64,000 nucleotides of DNA from Rubrobacteraceae bacterium (GTDB taxonomy: Bacteria; Actinomycetota; Rubrobacteria; Rubrobacterales; Rubrobacteraceae): positions 4,472-68,471 of the forward strand of contig JAUJNO010000010.1 in the NCBI GenBank assembly GCA_030448125.1, written 5' to 3'. A program made the translations under genes and the position numbers. A model generated the notes under the pieces. It did not search any database. It was not told the origin of the DNA and worked only from the letters and a program-made list of their open reading frames with translations. Shown here one piece after another: positions 44,287 to 53,875 of the stretch; positions within the stretch are counted from its first letter, which is position 1; every line of letters starts with the position of its first letter.

Positions 44287-46089
44287 ATGGCTTACCTGCC
44301 GATAGAGGACCACAGGGTCATAGGCGACCTGCACACGGCGGCGCTGGTCGGCACGGACGGGACGGTGGACTGGCTGTGCCTGCCCGCCTTCGACTCGCCG
44401 AGCGTGTTCTGCTCGATCCTGGACGACGAGAGGGGCGGGCATTTCAGGCTCAGGCCCGAGAGGTACGCCCGCAGCCAGCAGCTGTACCTCCCGGACACGA
44501 ACGTGCTCCTCACCCGCTTTCTCTCGCCCGAGGGGGTCGCCGAGATACTAGACTTCATGCCGGTCCACAAAGACGGTCGCGCCCGCCACCGCCTGGTGCG
44601 CAACGTCCGAGCCGTCCGGGGCAGTGTGGCTTTGAGCGCCGGGTGCATGCCCGCCTTCGACTACGCGCGCGCCGGTCACTCGGTCTCCTTGAGGAAGGCG
44701 GGGGCGGTCTTTCAGGGGCCGGAGCTGACTTTGGGGCTCGCCTCCCCTGACGTGCCGCTCGAGATAGGGGAGCGGGGCGCTGTGCGGGCGAGGTTCGAGC
44801 TCGAGGCGGGGGAGAGCGCGACCTTCGTTCTAGCGGGGCTGGAGCGGGGCGAGGGGCCCGAGCAGGCGTTCTCGGACCGCTCGTTCGAGGAGCTACTCGA
44901 GGACACTGTGGAGTATTGGCGGCGTTGGATCTCGGGCTGCACCTACGAGGGCAGGTGGCGCGAGGTCGTCCACCGCTCGGCGCTCGCCCTGAAGCTCATG
45001 GTCTACGACCCGACGGGCGCCCTGGTCGCGGCGCCCACGATGGGGCTGCCCGAGTGGGTGGACGGGACACGTAACTGGGACTACCGCTACACCTGGCTCA
45101 GGGACGCTGCCTTCGCGCTCTACGCCCTGATCTCCATCGGCTTCGACGAGGAGGCGAGGAACTTTATGGGCTGGCTGCGCGACCGCTGCAACGCCGAAGA
45201 TACCGATGGTCTGCTCCAGCCTCTCTATGGCATCGACGGCCGCGAGCACATCGAAGAAGCCGAACTCTCTCACCTCTCCGGCTACATGGGATCGCGCCCG
45301 GTAAGGCTCGGCAACGCCGCCTACAAGCAGACCCAGCTCGACCTCTACGGGGCCGTTCTGGACGCCGCCTACCTCTACAACAGGTACGGCGCTCCGCTCG
45401 ACTACGACCTGTGGAAGAGCCTGCACAAGATCCTCGACTGGCTCAGCCGCAACTGGCGTCTCGAGGCCGAGGGCATCTGGGAGGTCCGCGGCGGCCGCAG
45501 GCACTTCGTCTCCTCCAAGCTCATGAGCTGGGTCGCCCTGGAGAGGGCCGTCAGGATCTCGCACGAGCGCGGCCTGCCCTCCGGCGAGGGGCCCTGGACG
45601 GCCGAGCGGGATAAGATCTACGAGGAGATCATGGAGAAGGGATGGAACGCCGAGAAGGAGAGCTTTGTCCAGGTCTACGGCGGTGAGGCCCTGGACGCCT
45701 CCCTGCTCCTCATGCCGCTCGTACAGTTCGTCGGCCCCACCGACCCGCGCTGGCTCTCCACGCTCGCCCGCATAGAGGAGGAGTTGACCAACGACACCCT
45801 CGTAAACCGCTACAACGTAGAGAAAGCAGCCCCCGACGCCCTCGAAGGTATGGAGGGTACCTTCAACATCTGCTCCTTCTGGTTCGTTGATTGCCTGACC
45901 CAGGCCGGGCGGCTCGACGACGCCCGCCTCGCCCTCGAGAAGATGTTCTCCTACGCCAACCACCTCGGCCTCTACGCCGAGGAGATAGGGCCCTCCGGGG
46001 AGGCTCTCGGCAACTTCCCCCAAGCCCTGACCCACCTCGCCCTCATCAGCGCAGCCGTCAACCTCGACCGGGCCCTGGGCTCCCGCTAG
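44287..46089 (+). CDS. Glycoside hydrolase family 15 protein (glucoamylase/trehalase-like)
   Basis: 600 aa. [17 protein letters not shown]-terminus, [14 protein letters not shown] and FWFVDCL motifs. Confidence 0.85.
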   Translation: MAYLPIEDHRVIGDLHTAALVGTDGTVDWLCLPAFDSPSVFCSILDDERGGHFRLRPERYARSQQLYLPDTNVLLTRFLSPEGVAEILDFMPVHKDGRARHRLVRNVRAVRGSVALSAGCMPAFDYARAGHSVSLRKAGAVFQGPELTLGLASPDVPLEIGERGAVRARFELEAGESATFVLAGLERGEGPEQAFSDRSFEELLEDTVEYWRRWISGCTYEGRWREVVHRSALALKLMVYDPTGALVAAPTMGLPEWVDGTRNWDYRYTWLRDAAFALYALISIGFDEEARNFMGWLRDRCNAEDTDGLLQPLYGIDGREHIEEAELSHLSGYMGSRPVRLGNAAYKQTQLDLYGAVLDAAYLYNRYGAPLDYDLWKSLHKILDWLSRNWRLEAEGIWEVRGGRRHFVSSKLMSWVALERAVRISHERGLPSGEGPWTAERDKIYEEIMEKGWNAEKESFVQVYGGEALDASLLLMPLVQFVGPTDPRWLSTLARIEEELTNDTLVNRYNVEKAAPDALEGMEGTFNICSFWFVDCLTQAGRLDDARLALEKMFSYANHLGLYAEEIGPSGEALGNFPQALTHLALISAAVNLDRALGSR

Positions 46090-46099
46090 AAAAACCACG

Positions 46100-47032
46100 A
46101 TGCCGCCCAGGCTCTTCGAAGCCGTCCCGAACTTCAGCGAGGGCCGCGACGTCGGGAAGATCTCCCGCATAGCAGATTCGGTCCGAAACTCCCTCGACGT
46201 CCGCGTCCTCGGCCTCCACACGGACCCCGACCACAACCGGAGCGTCCTCACCTTCGTCGGGGAGGAGGCGCCGATCCTCCGCGCCTCCGTAGCACTCGCC
46301 CGCGCCTGCGCGACCGAGATAGATCTCGCCGCCCAGAGCGGCGTCCATCCCAGGATGGGCTCCCTGGACGTGCTCCCCTTCGTCCCCTTGGGCCAACCGC
46401 TCTCCGACGCCACCCTCGAAGACGCGGCGAGCCTCGCGAAGAGGGCGGGAGAGGCCATAGGATCTCTGGGCCTCCCCGTCTACCTCTACGGAGCCGCTGC
46501 GAGCGCACCTCACAGGACCCACCTCGCCGATGTTCGCCGCGGCGGGTACGAAGGGCTCGCGGCGCGCATCGGCGACCCGATGTGGAGGCCCGACTTTGGA
46601 CCGGAGAAGCTACCAGCAAGCTCGGGGGCGGTCGCGGTCGGGGCGCGGCCTTTCCTGGTTGCCTTCAACGCCTACCTCGACACCGACGACGTAGAGGTGG
46701 CCCGCGCGGTAGCGGGCGAGGTCCGGGAGCGCGACGGCGGCCTGCCCGGCGTCAAGGCTTTGGGTTTGGAGGTTGGAGGGCGGGCGCAGGTCTCGATGAA
46801 CCTCACTGACCTGGGGCGGACCTCTATCCCCGTCGCCCTCGAAGCCGTGCGCCGGTCGGCCGGGAGACACGGCGCACGGGTCGAGTCGACTGAGCTCGTC
46901 GGCCTGGTGCCCATGACCGCTGTCCTGGAGGTCGCTCGCTACTATCTCGCGCTCCCGGAGCTCGGGCCGGAGCACGTCCTTGAGGCCGGGTTGTGGGAGC
47001 GCGGGCATGGTACTTCAGAGAGCGGCCCCTGA
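46100..47032 (+). CDS. Glutamate formimidoyltransferase
   Basis: [11 protein letters not shown]-terminal signature. About 300 aa, a stand-alone transferase domain. Confidence 0.85.
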   Translation: MPPRLFEAVPNFSEGRDVGKISRIADSVRNSLDVRVLGLHTDPDHNRSVLTFVGEEAPILRASVALARACATEIDLAAQSGVHPRMGSLDVLPFVPLGQPLSDATLEDAASLAKRAGEAIGSLGLPVYLYGAAASAPHRTHLADVRRGGYEGLAARIGDPMWRPDFGPEKLPASSGAVAVGARPFLVAFNAYLDTDDVEVARAVAGEVRERDGGLPGVKALGLEVGGRAQVSMNLTDLGRTSIPVALEAVRRSAGRHGARVESTELVGLVPMTAVLEVARYYLALPELGPEHVLEAGLWERGHGTSESGP

Positions 47033-47153
47033 GACGCCGCGCGACCCTATCTGTTACCCTCGTCGCGTGACCGAGCATGAGAACCGCGAGCCTTCGAGAC
47101 GGCGTGCCGGTGTCGTGTGTGGGGTCGTGGACGTGATGGGAGAGGTTATCTAG

Positions 47154-48155
47154 GTGGAGGCCGCGTTGCGGGAGCGGTTGCCGGGGTTGCTGGACCGGTT
47201 CCGGGGTTTGCGGGTCATGGTGGTGGGAGACCTCGTGTTGGACCATTACCTCGTGGGGGACGCGGGGCGCATCTCGCGCGAGTACCCGGTGATGATCCTC
47301 AACCACGAGCGGGACGAGTACCGGCCCGGCGGAGCCGCCAACACCGTCGCCAACCTGGCCGCGCTCGGGGCCACGGTCGTCCCCGCTGGCTGGGTTGGGA
47401 CTGACTTGAGCGGCGGCGAGCTCCTGAAGATACTCGGCTCCGCCGGTTGCGAAACTGACGGCGTGGTTCGGGATCTCCGGGCACGCACCGTCACCAAAAC
47501 CCGCATCGTCGCCGGGGGTACGCACGGCGGAGGCCTCGGCCAGCATCTCCTCCGCGTGGATCAGCTTGGTACCGGCGCCCCCGACGCCGCTGCCGAGGGC
47601 GACTTGGTGCGGCGCATCGAGCACCTGGCGGATAGGGTGGACGGCTTCGTCCTCTCGGACTACGGCCAGGGCACCATCACCCGGACGGTCGCCGAGACGG
47701 TGATGCGCCTCGCGGAGAGCCGCTACGTCGGCCTCGACTCTCGCCACCGGCTGCTCGACTATAAGGGCGTCAGCGCGGCGACCCCGAACCTCGAGGAGGC
47801 CGCCGAGGCCTCCAGGCTCGAGCTCGAAAACGAGGCCCGGATCGAAGAGGCCGGTGCATGGCTGTGCGCGAAGCTCCGGGCGGAGGCCCTCCTCATCACC
47901 CGTGGGGCTGGGGGCATGAGCCTCTTCGAGCCGGGTGCCGCGGCGGTCCACATCCCCGTCGCCAACAAGAGCGAGGTCTTCGACGTCACCGGCGCCGGTG
48001 ATACCGTCGTCGCCGCCTTTACCCTCGCACGACTCGCGGGCGGCAGCTACCTCGAAGTCGCACACCTGGCGAATGTCGCCGGCGGCATAAGCGTCCGCCA
48101 CGCGGGCGCGACGCCGGTTTCGGCGCGGGAACTGCGAGATGCTCTGGATAGGTAG
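47154..48155 (+). CDS. PfkB-family sugar kinase, RfaE/HldE domain I-like (heptose-7-phosphate kinase-like)
   Basis: VMVVGDLVLDHYLVGDAGRISRE..V, GGAANTVANLAALG and DVTGAGDTVVAAF. Confidence 0.75.
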   Translation: MEAALRERLPGLLDRFRGLRVMVVGDLVLDHYLVGDAGRISREYPVMILNHERDEYRPGGAANTVANLAALGATVVPAGWVGTDLSGGELLKILGSAGCETDGVVRDLRARTVTKTRIVAGGTHGGGLGQHLLRVDQLGTGAPDAAAEGDLVRRIEHLADRVDGFVLSDYGQGTITRTVAETVMRLAESRYVGLDSRHRLLDYKGVSAATPNLEEAAEASRLELENEARIEEAGAWLCAKLRAEALLITRGAGGMSLFEPGAAAVHIPVANKSEVFDVTGAGDTVVAAFTLARLAGGSYLEVAHLANVAGGISVRHAGATPVSARELRDALDR

Positions 48156-48202
48156 GCTGTTCCACGTGCCGGGTCAGGCAGGAGACGACTAAAGGGAGCG
48201 AG

Positions 48203-49024
48203 ATGGGTGGAAAGATTACGGCGGCGGCGATCCAGATGTCCTCGACGCCGGAGAAGGCGGAGAACTTCGAGACGGCGGAGAAGCTCATTCGGGAGGCCGC
48301 GTCTGCCGGGGCCGGGTTGGTGGCGCTGCCGGAGCTGTGGAGCTGCCATGGTCTGGAGAAGGTGTACGGGGAGAATGCGGAGCCCATCCCCGGACCCACC
48401 ACCGACTTTCTCGGCGGGCTGGCGCGCGAGCTGGGTGTGTACGTGCTCGGCGGGTCTATCCTGGAGAGCAAGCCCGGCGCGGAGCGGCTCTTCAACACCT
48501 CGACGTTTTTCGATCCCTCCGGCGAAATGGTCGCGGTGTACCGCAAGATCCACCTCTTCGACGTGAAGGCGCCGGACCGGGAGTACGTCGAGAGCAGGAC
48601 GATAGCGCCCGGAAGTGAGGTCGTCACCGCCAAAGCGGGCGTCGCCATCCTCGGCCTCTCGGTCTGCTACGACGTACGCTTCCCGGAACTGTATCGTCTG
48701 CTGGCGCTGCGAGGAGCCGAGATCCTGGCGGTCCCCGCGGCGTTCACGCTCCAGACCGGCAAGGACCACTGGGAGCTTCTACTCCGCGCTCGCGCCGTCG
48801 AGAACCAGGCGTACGTGGTCGCTCCGGCCCAGTGGGGCCAGAAGGCCGACGGGCGCCGGACCTACGGCCGGAGCATGATAGTAGACCCCTGGGGCACGGT
48901 CCTCGGCACCTGCCCCGACCGCGACGGCTACGCGCTCGCGACGCTCGACCTCGACTACCTCGACCGCTTCCGAACCGAATTCCCGGCCTTCGCCAACCGC
49001 CGGCCCGAAGCGTACGATTGGTAA
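48203..49024 (+). CDS. Carbon-nitrogen hydrolase (nitrilase superfamily, Nit/omega-amidase-like)
   Basis: Glu-Lys-Cys triad contexts LPELW, YRKIHLFD, LSVCYDVRFPE. Confidence 0.85.
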   Translation: MGGKITAAAIQMSSTPEKAENFETAEKLIREAASAGAGLVALPELWSCHGLEKVYGENAEPIPGPTTDFLGGLARELGVYVLGGSILESKPGAERLFNTSTFFDPSGEMVAVYRKIHLFDVKAPDREYVESRTIAPGSEVVTAKAGVAILGLSVCYDVRFPELYRLLALRGAEILAVPAAFTLQTGKDHWELLLRARAVENQAYVVAPAQWGQKADGRRTYGRSMIVDPWGTVLGTCPDRDGYALATLDLDYLDRFRTEFPAFANRRPEAYDW

Positions 49025-49055
49025 TCTTCGAAGATTCAGGAGCGGCGTTGGAGGC

Positions 49056-50474
49056 TCAACCGTAGAGGGCTCCCACGAGGATCAGGATAGCCAGGGAGAC
49101 CGCCACGGGAGGGGCGATGGCCCGCGCTATCTCCGCCTCCCGGCCGAGAAGACCCGTAGCGGTCGCCGCCAGGACTATCCGCTGGGGGGCCAGGAGGTTG
49201 GCCTGGCTGCCGGAGACGTTCTGCAGCGCGGCCAGCGTGAGCTCTGAGCTACCCGAGGTGGCGGCCGCCTCAGCCTGAAAGGGCATGAAGAGCGCGTTGG
49301 AGCCGGCGTTCGATCCGGTCATGGCTCCACCTAAAGCTCCCACCAGGGGGCTGACCGCCGGGTACGCGGCGCCGAACGTGCCCGCTGCTCCCACGGCCAG
49401 AAGCTCGGCGGCGCCGGAGGCGGCTACGACCTGGCCGGCCAAGATGAACGTAACGATGGCCCCCGCCACCGGGAGCCACTGCTTTACGGTTCGCTTCACG
49501 GCGGAGGCCATCGCCTTACCATCCAGCTTCAGAAAAAAGGCGGCGAACACGGCCGACACGAGGAGCCAGAGGCCAGGTCCCGAGAAGACCGGTCCCAGAC
49601 CCTCGAGTATGGCCCGCACGGCCCCGATGCCGTTGGCCCCGACGAGCAGCGCGAGCAGAACCCCGTAAGGGACCAGCGCCCGGACCGGGACTTCCAGCCC
49701 GCGCAGCCGCCCCGCCCGCGGCACCAAAAACGCCCCCACCGCGACGAGGCCACCGATAGCGCCGGCAAGCTCGGGCACCAGGTAGAGGCTGCTCGCCAGG
49801 ACTCCCAACCCCGCCGCGAGGCCGATGTATGCCGCCTCGAACCATCGGCGCTTTACCCCGGCCCACCCTCCGGAGAGAGCCAGCGTCGCGATGCCGTAGA
49901 CGGGAAAGAGCGGGAGGCTCATCCACGCGCTGGCGTCGGAGAGCTCCCCGAAGGTAAGCCCGGCGATGTCTGCCCCGATCAGGGTCCCGACCCCGAGGCC
50001 TCCCCAGGGTACGGCCAACTGCCCCCAACTCGCCAGCGCCGCGGCCTTGATGGGCGTGAACCCGGCGGACAATAAGATCGGCGCGCTGATGACGACCGCG
50101 ACCCCGAAGCCCGTTACCGACTCGAAGAACGGCGCCGCCCCAAGCACGACCAACAACGCCAGCGCGTCCCGATCCGGCTCCACGCTCGTGAGGAACCGCG
50201 AGACTCTCTCCACGGCGCCGCCACCGGAGAGCACGTTGTAGAGCAGAAGCCCCCCGACGAGTATATAGAGGACCCTGCCGATGGTCCCTAGCCCCTCGAA
50301 CAACGCCCCCGAGAGCCCCGCAGTCTCGAACCCCGGCCAGAGCAGCGCCCCCGCGAGCGCCACGAGCAGCCCCGCCCCCCCGGACCTCACCGGTGACCAA
50401 CCGAGCCCCAAAAGGGCCAACCCGGCGACCAGGAACGGCGCCGCCGCGACCACGTACCCCATTGCTTCTATCAT
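49056..50474 (-). CDS. L-lactate permease (LctP) family transporter
   Basis: PFFESVTGFGVAVVISAPILLSAGFTPIKAA resembles the LctP core. The start is taken at MIEAMGYV (50474); the tracked ORF extends to 50525. Confidence 0.7.
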   Translation of the reverse strand: MIEAMGYVVAAAPFLVAGLALLGLGWSPVRSGGAGLLVALAGALLWPGFETAGLSGALFEGLGTIGRVLYILVGGLLLYNVLSGGGAVERVSRFLTSVEPDRDALALLVVLGAAPFFESVTGFGVAVVISAPILLSAGFTPIKAAALASWGQLAVPWGGLGVGTLIGADIAGLTFGELSDASAWMSLPLFPVYGIATLALSGGWAGVKRRWFEAAYIGLAAGLGVLASSLYLVPELAGAIGGLVAVGAFLVPRAGRLRGLEVPVRALVPYGVLLALLVGANGIGAVRAILEGLGPVFSGPGLWLLVSAVFAAFFLKLDGKAMASAVKRTVKQWLPVAGAIVTFILAGQVVAASGAAELLAVGAAGTFGAAYPAVSPLVGALGGAMTGSNAGSNALFMPFQAEAAATSGSSELTLAALQNVSGSQANLLAPQRIVLAATATGLLGREAEIARAIAPPVAVSLAILILVGALYG

Positions 50475-50523
50475 AGTAGAATATTTTCTAACAGGCGGCC
50501 GGAGAGGACGCAAGAGGGAACAC

Positions 50524-51096
50524 ATGACGGTAGAGGCGATCTATGGCGAGCGGTTGGGGGCGCGGATAAAGGAGCTCCGGCGGGAGCGCGGGTTGACGCT
50601 AGAAGATCTCGCGGGACGTTCCGGGGTGAGCCGGGCGATGATCTCCAAGATAGAGCGGGGCGAGAAGAACCCGACGCTCGTAGTCACGGCGAAGGTGGCC
50701 GAGGGGTTCGGAGTCACCCTATCCGAGCTTCTGGGCGTGGAGGAGCGGCGGGAGGTCGTCGTGGTTCCCCGCGGGAGGCGGATGGTCGTGCGCGACCCGG
50801 AGACCGGCTTCGAGCGGCAGCTCCTCTCGCCGACCTTCGGCGGTAGAGGAGTTGAGTTCGTCCGCAACGTCGTCCCTTATAGCTCCACGTCCGGCGAGTT
50901 CCCGCCGCATCGCCGGGGGGTAGAAGAGCACGTGGTGGTGGAGAAGGGGCGTCTGAGGGCCGTTATCGGGGGCGAGGAGTATCTTCTAGAAGAAGGCGAC
51001 GCCCTGTACTTTGAGGCGGACGTTTTGCACCGGTTCGACAACGCCGGAGACGGCGAGTGCAGCTACTATCTCGTCATCGTCTCCAAGGGAACTTGA
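50524..51096 (+). CDS. XRE-family HTH regulator with a C-terminal cupin domain
   Basis: Internal ATG 50524. LGARIKELRRERGLTLEDLAGRSGVSRAMISKIERGEKNP, and the cupin motif GDALYFEADVLHRFDN. Divergent from the permease. Confidence 0.8.
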   Translation: MTVEAIYGERLGARIKELRRERGLTLEDLAGRSGVSRAMISKIERGEKNPTLVVTAKVAEGFGVTLSELLGVEERREVVVVPRGRRMVVRDPETGFERQLLSPTFGGRGVEFVRNVVPYSSTSGEFPPHRRGVEEHVVVEKGRLRAVIGGEEYLLEEGDALYFEADVLHRFDNAGDGECSYYLVIVSKGT

Positions 51097-51105
51097 TCGC
51101 GCTCC

Positions 51106-51970
51106 TCACTCGAACTCGTCGAAGAACTCTTTGTCGAGTTTGTACACGATGCCTGGCACGAGCCCGAGGAGCAAATCTTCGAATATGGAGGTGAGCTTCT
51201 CGGCGTCTACCAATTCGATGGGCGGAACGCCATCGCGGTTAGCCTCTCGTCTTGCCTGTGCAGTGAAGGTGCTCGTTGTTATAAAGATGCCCTTGTCCAC
51301 GCGTCCCATCATCGCACCACGGAAGTCGCGGATCTGGGAAGGCACGATAGCATCGTTGTATCGCTTACACTGAAAGAGCACTCGGAAGCTCATTAGGCGG
51401 TTGACTTGCAAAATGCCTACGCCGTCTATACCACCGTCTCCTGAGCGTCCGGTTACCTCGACGTGTTGGAAACCGGACTCTCTCAACAATCGTTGGCACA
51501 ACCGTTCGAAACCGGCTGGCGAGAGCGACTTGATGCGGTTCAGTAGCAGCTGCCGGTGGTCGTCTGGATCGGAAGAGCCTTCTTCCGACGGTGGTGCGAC
51601 AGCTTCCTCAATCTCTGCGGTATCCTCTCCCGCTGGGCGATCCGCCTGGAACTGTTGATGAACTGCGCGAAAGATCGCAAGGGCGGCATCGTGGTCAAGC
51701 TCGGCTTGTTTGCCTTTCTCAGTAAGACTCCACGCTCCTCTTTCCGAAGCGTCGATGTAACCGGCTTTTGCAAGGTAGAATCGTGCCCACGCGACCTGAT
51801 TGTCGAAGCGGCTGGTGCCGCTCGAAAGGTGAGTGTTTAACTCCTCGTCAGAAAGCTCGAGGTTTTTGGCTACGGCTTCTCGCACCTCGGCGGGCGTTCC
51901 TGAGTCCCCCAAGCACTCTAAGGGCTGCGAGTACGGGACCGAAGTAGCGAACGAATCGTGGTCCGGTCAT
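51106..51970 (-). pseudogene. mrr: Mrr-type (type IV) restriction endonuclease, split by one frame break in a C5/G5 run (or a miscall)
   Basis: The Mrr_N start MTGPRFVRYFGPVLAALRVLGG lies in one frame. SGTPAEVREAVAKNLELSDEEL...FDNQVAWARFYLAKAGY and the catalytic domain GDGGIDGVG...FQCKRY...IFITTSTF lie in the next. The break is at 51906-51910. Codon usage is conspicuously A/T-ending compared with the neighbours. Confidence 0.75.
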
Positions 51971-51977
51971 GGAGGGC

Positions 51978-53180
51978 TTAGAGCGGGTAATCGCGGGTAG
52001 CCAACTGGGACAAGACTCTTTCGCGCAGGGCCGATACGTCCGTCTGGGAGGCGTAAAGCTCACCGAGGGGTTGCAACAGGTCCTTTGCGCCCGTGGGGAT
52101 GGCGGAGCTCGCGGGCAAGACCTTGCGGGTACCGTTCTCGAGGACGAGGAGGCGTTTCCTGCCGCCGCGCTTGCCTCGTTTGGAGCGGTCTTCGCCGTTC
52201 ACCTCGACGATGTCCAAAGAGTAGTCGATCATGGGGGCGGAGGCGATCTCGCCGCCCACCCCGTAGGCGTCGCAGACCGGGTTGAGGTGCAGGATGTACT
52301 CGACGTCGATACCGCCGGAGGCGAAGACCTTTACGTGCTCGAAGCCGTTGCGGTCGAGTTCCCACCGGCATTCCCGTATGAGGTCCCGGAAGTCGCCGCG
52401 GCGGTTGCCGGGGGTGTCGAAGCGGACGGCGTAGATGCTCTCGGGGATGGCGCGGGCGGAGATCAAGGCCCCGAACTTCTCGTCGTCGAAGGTGTCGATG
52501 AGGACGGTGCGCGGGACGTCTTCGGAGACGACCTCGTCGAAAGCCTTAGCGGCTTCCGCGGTCGAGCCGAGGATGAGGACGAGCGCGTGGGGGATGGTAC
52601 CGCTGGCCGGTATGCCGAGGCGGTCGGCGGCCAGCTCGACGGCGACCCCATCGCAGCCGCCCAGGTAGGCGGCGCGCTCGATCATGGGCGTGACCGCAGG
52701 GTGCATGCGGCGCGCTCCGAACGAGACGACCGGCCTCTCGCCCGCCGCCATCTTGCACCGCGCCGCCCCGGTCGCCACCCCCGAAGCCTGGCACAAAAAA
52801 CCCAGGATGGCCGTCTCGTGCTCCGCGAAGGCGCCGTAGGGGCCGGAGAGCGTCAGAACGGGCTCGTTGGGGCGGCAGATCGTACCCTCCGGCACCGCCC
52901 GCGCCTCGACCTCGACCCCCTCCAGGAGTGTGGCCACCTCGTCGAGGCCGGCGACGACGAACCAGGCGTCCTCGTCGGAGGTCTTGTACGCGACCTCCAC
53001 GTGGACCGGGGTATTCTCGAGCCCGCGGGCGCGCAAGACCTCCATCGTGCGGTGGAAGTAAACGTCCGCGACCGCGGCGCTCTGGATCTCCTCCTCCGAC
53101 GCCGTGTTGAAGCGCCGCGACCCGCCGCCGGCGTTCCCGACTTCGTCCCTACCGACTCCGCTGACGCTTTCTCCGTGCAA
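51978..53180 (-). CDS. pncB: Nicotinate phosphoribosyltransferase
   Basis: 400 aa. ADVYFHRT, FGARRMHP, SGTIPHALV and RFDTPGNRRGD motifs of the NAPRTase family. Confidence 0.85.
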   Translation of the reverse strand: MHGESVSGVGRDEVGNAGGGSRRFNTASEEEIQSAAVADVYFHRTMEVLRARGLENTPVHVEVAYKTSDEDAWFVVAGLDEVATLLEGVEVEARAVPEGTICRPNEPVLTLSGPYGAFAEHETAILGFLCQASGVATGAARCKMAAGERPVVSFGARRMHPAVTPMIERAAYLGGCDGVAVELAADRLGIPASGTIPHALVLILGSTAEAAKAFDEVVSEDVPRTVLIDTFDDEKFGALISARAIPESIYAVRFDTPGNRRGDFRDLIRECRWELDRNGFEHVKVFASGGIDVEYILHLNPVCDAYGVGGEIASAPMIDYSLDIVEVNGEDRSKRGKRGGRKRLLVLENGTRKVLPASSAIPTGAKDLLQPLGELYASQTDVSALRERVLSQLATRDYPL

Positions 53181-53439
53181 AATGTGCCCTTTCCGCTAGC
53201 CGCCCACCAGGGGTGAGTATCATAGCCAATAAACCGTAGCGGCGGCACGGACCGTTCTTCACGCTCGACGCGACCGCTCTTCTCAGCGCCTTCTCCAGCT
53301 GGCCGGCGAGATGTGTAAACCTTAGTGAAACTTTGTGGAATCTTCGCGCTTCGTCGTATGGGGGAGTAACGACTTTGAACGTATTGGCCTTCTTCAGCAC
53401 GCTTTTAGACCGCTGGGACTGAGTGTATACGCTCAGCCT

Positions 53440-53682
53440 CCTGGTTCCCGTCACCGTCTACAACCTCGCGCGGACCCCGAGCGGGGCGTGCGGCAATTCG
53501 TGGTGGGCACCGGCGGGAAGTCGTTGTACCCGTTTGGGAGGTACGAGCCGAACAGCGAACTCCGTAAATCGGAAGCCTACGGCGTCATAAAGTTCACGCT
53601 GCGCTCCGAAGATTACGACTGGGAGTTTGCCAGCGTCAGGGGGAGCTCGTTCAGGGACTCCGGCAGCGGCGACTGCCACTAG
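53440..53682 (+). pseudogene. C-terminal remnant of a calcineurin-like metallophosphoesterase
   Basis: GVRQFVVGTGGKSLY......PNSELR....YGVIKFTLRSEDYDWEFASV.G..F.DSGSGDCH is the characteristic C-terminus of secreted metallophosphoesterases. No catalytic N-terminal part lies upstream. Confidence 0.55.
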
Positions 53683-53875
53683 AGAAGGTTCGCGAAGCGA
53701 ACGCACACACGAGCGTACAAGAGTTAGGCTAAAAGCGATTCTGACCACATTCAGCGGCATCGCGTACGAGTAGCAGCAAACAAGACGTACAACCACCGAA
53801 AACCCGCCAGAGCTCGCGGGGCTTTCTCTAACCCTGGTAAACCTCCGGTCAACGAGGCGCCTATAATGTCCGGTT

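Noticed and set aside
44893-46458. 521-aa minus-strand ORF over the GH15 and formimidoyltransferase genes. Similar shadow ORFs lie at 9357-10619, 30290-31657, 26403-27527 and 57402-59189.
   Set aside because: All are antisense or out of frame relative to genes with clear family motifs. Their composition is Arg/Gly/Pro-biased, as expected for non-coding frames of GC-rich DNA.
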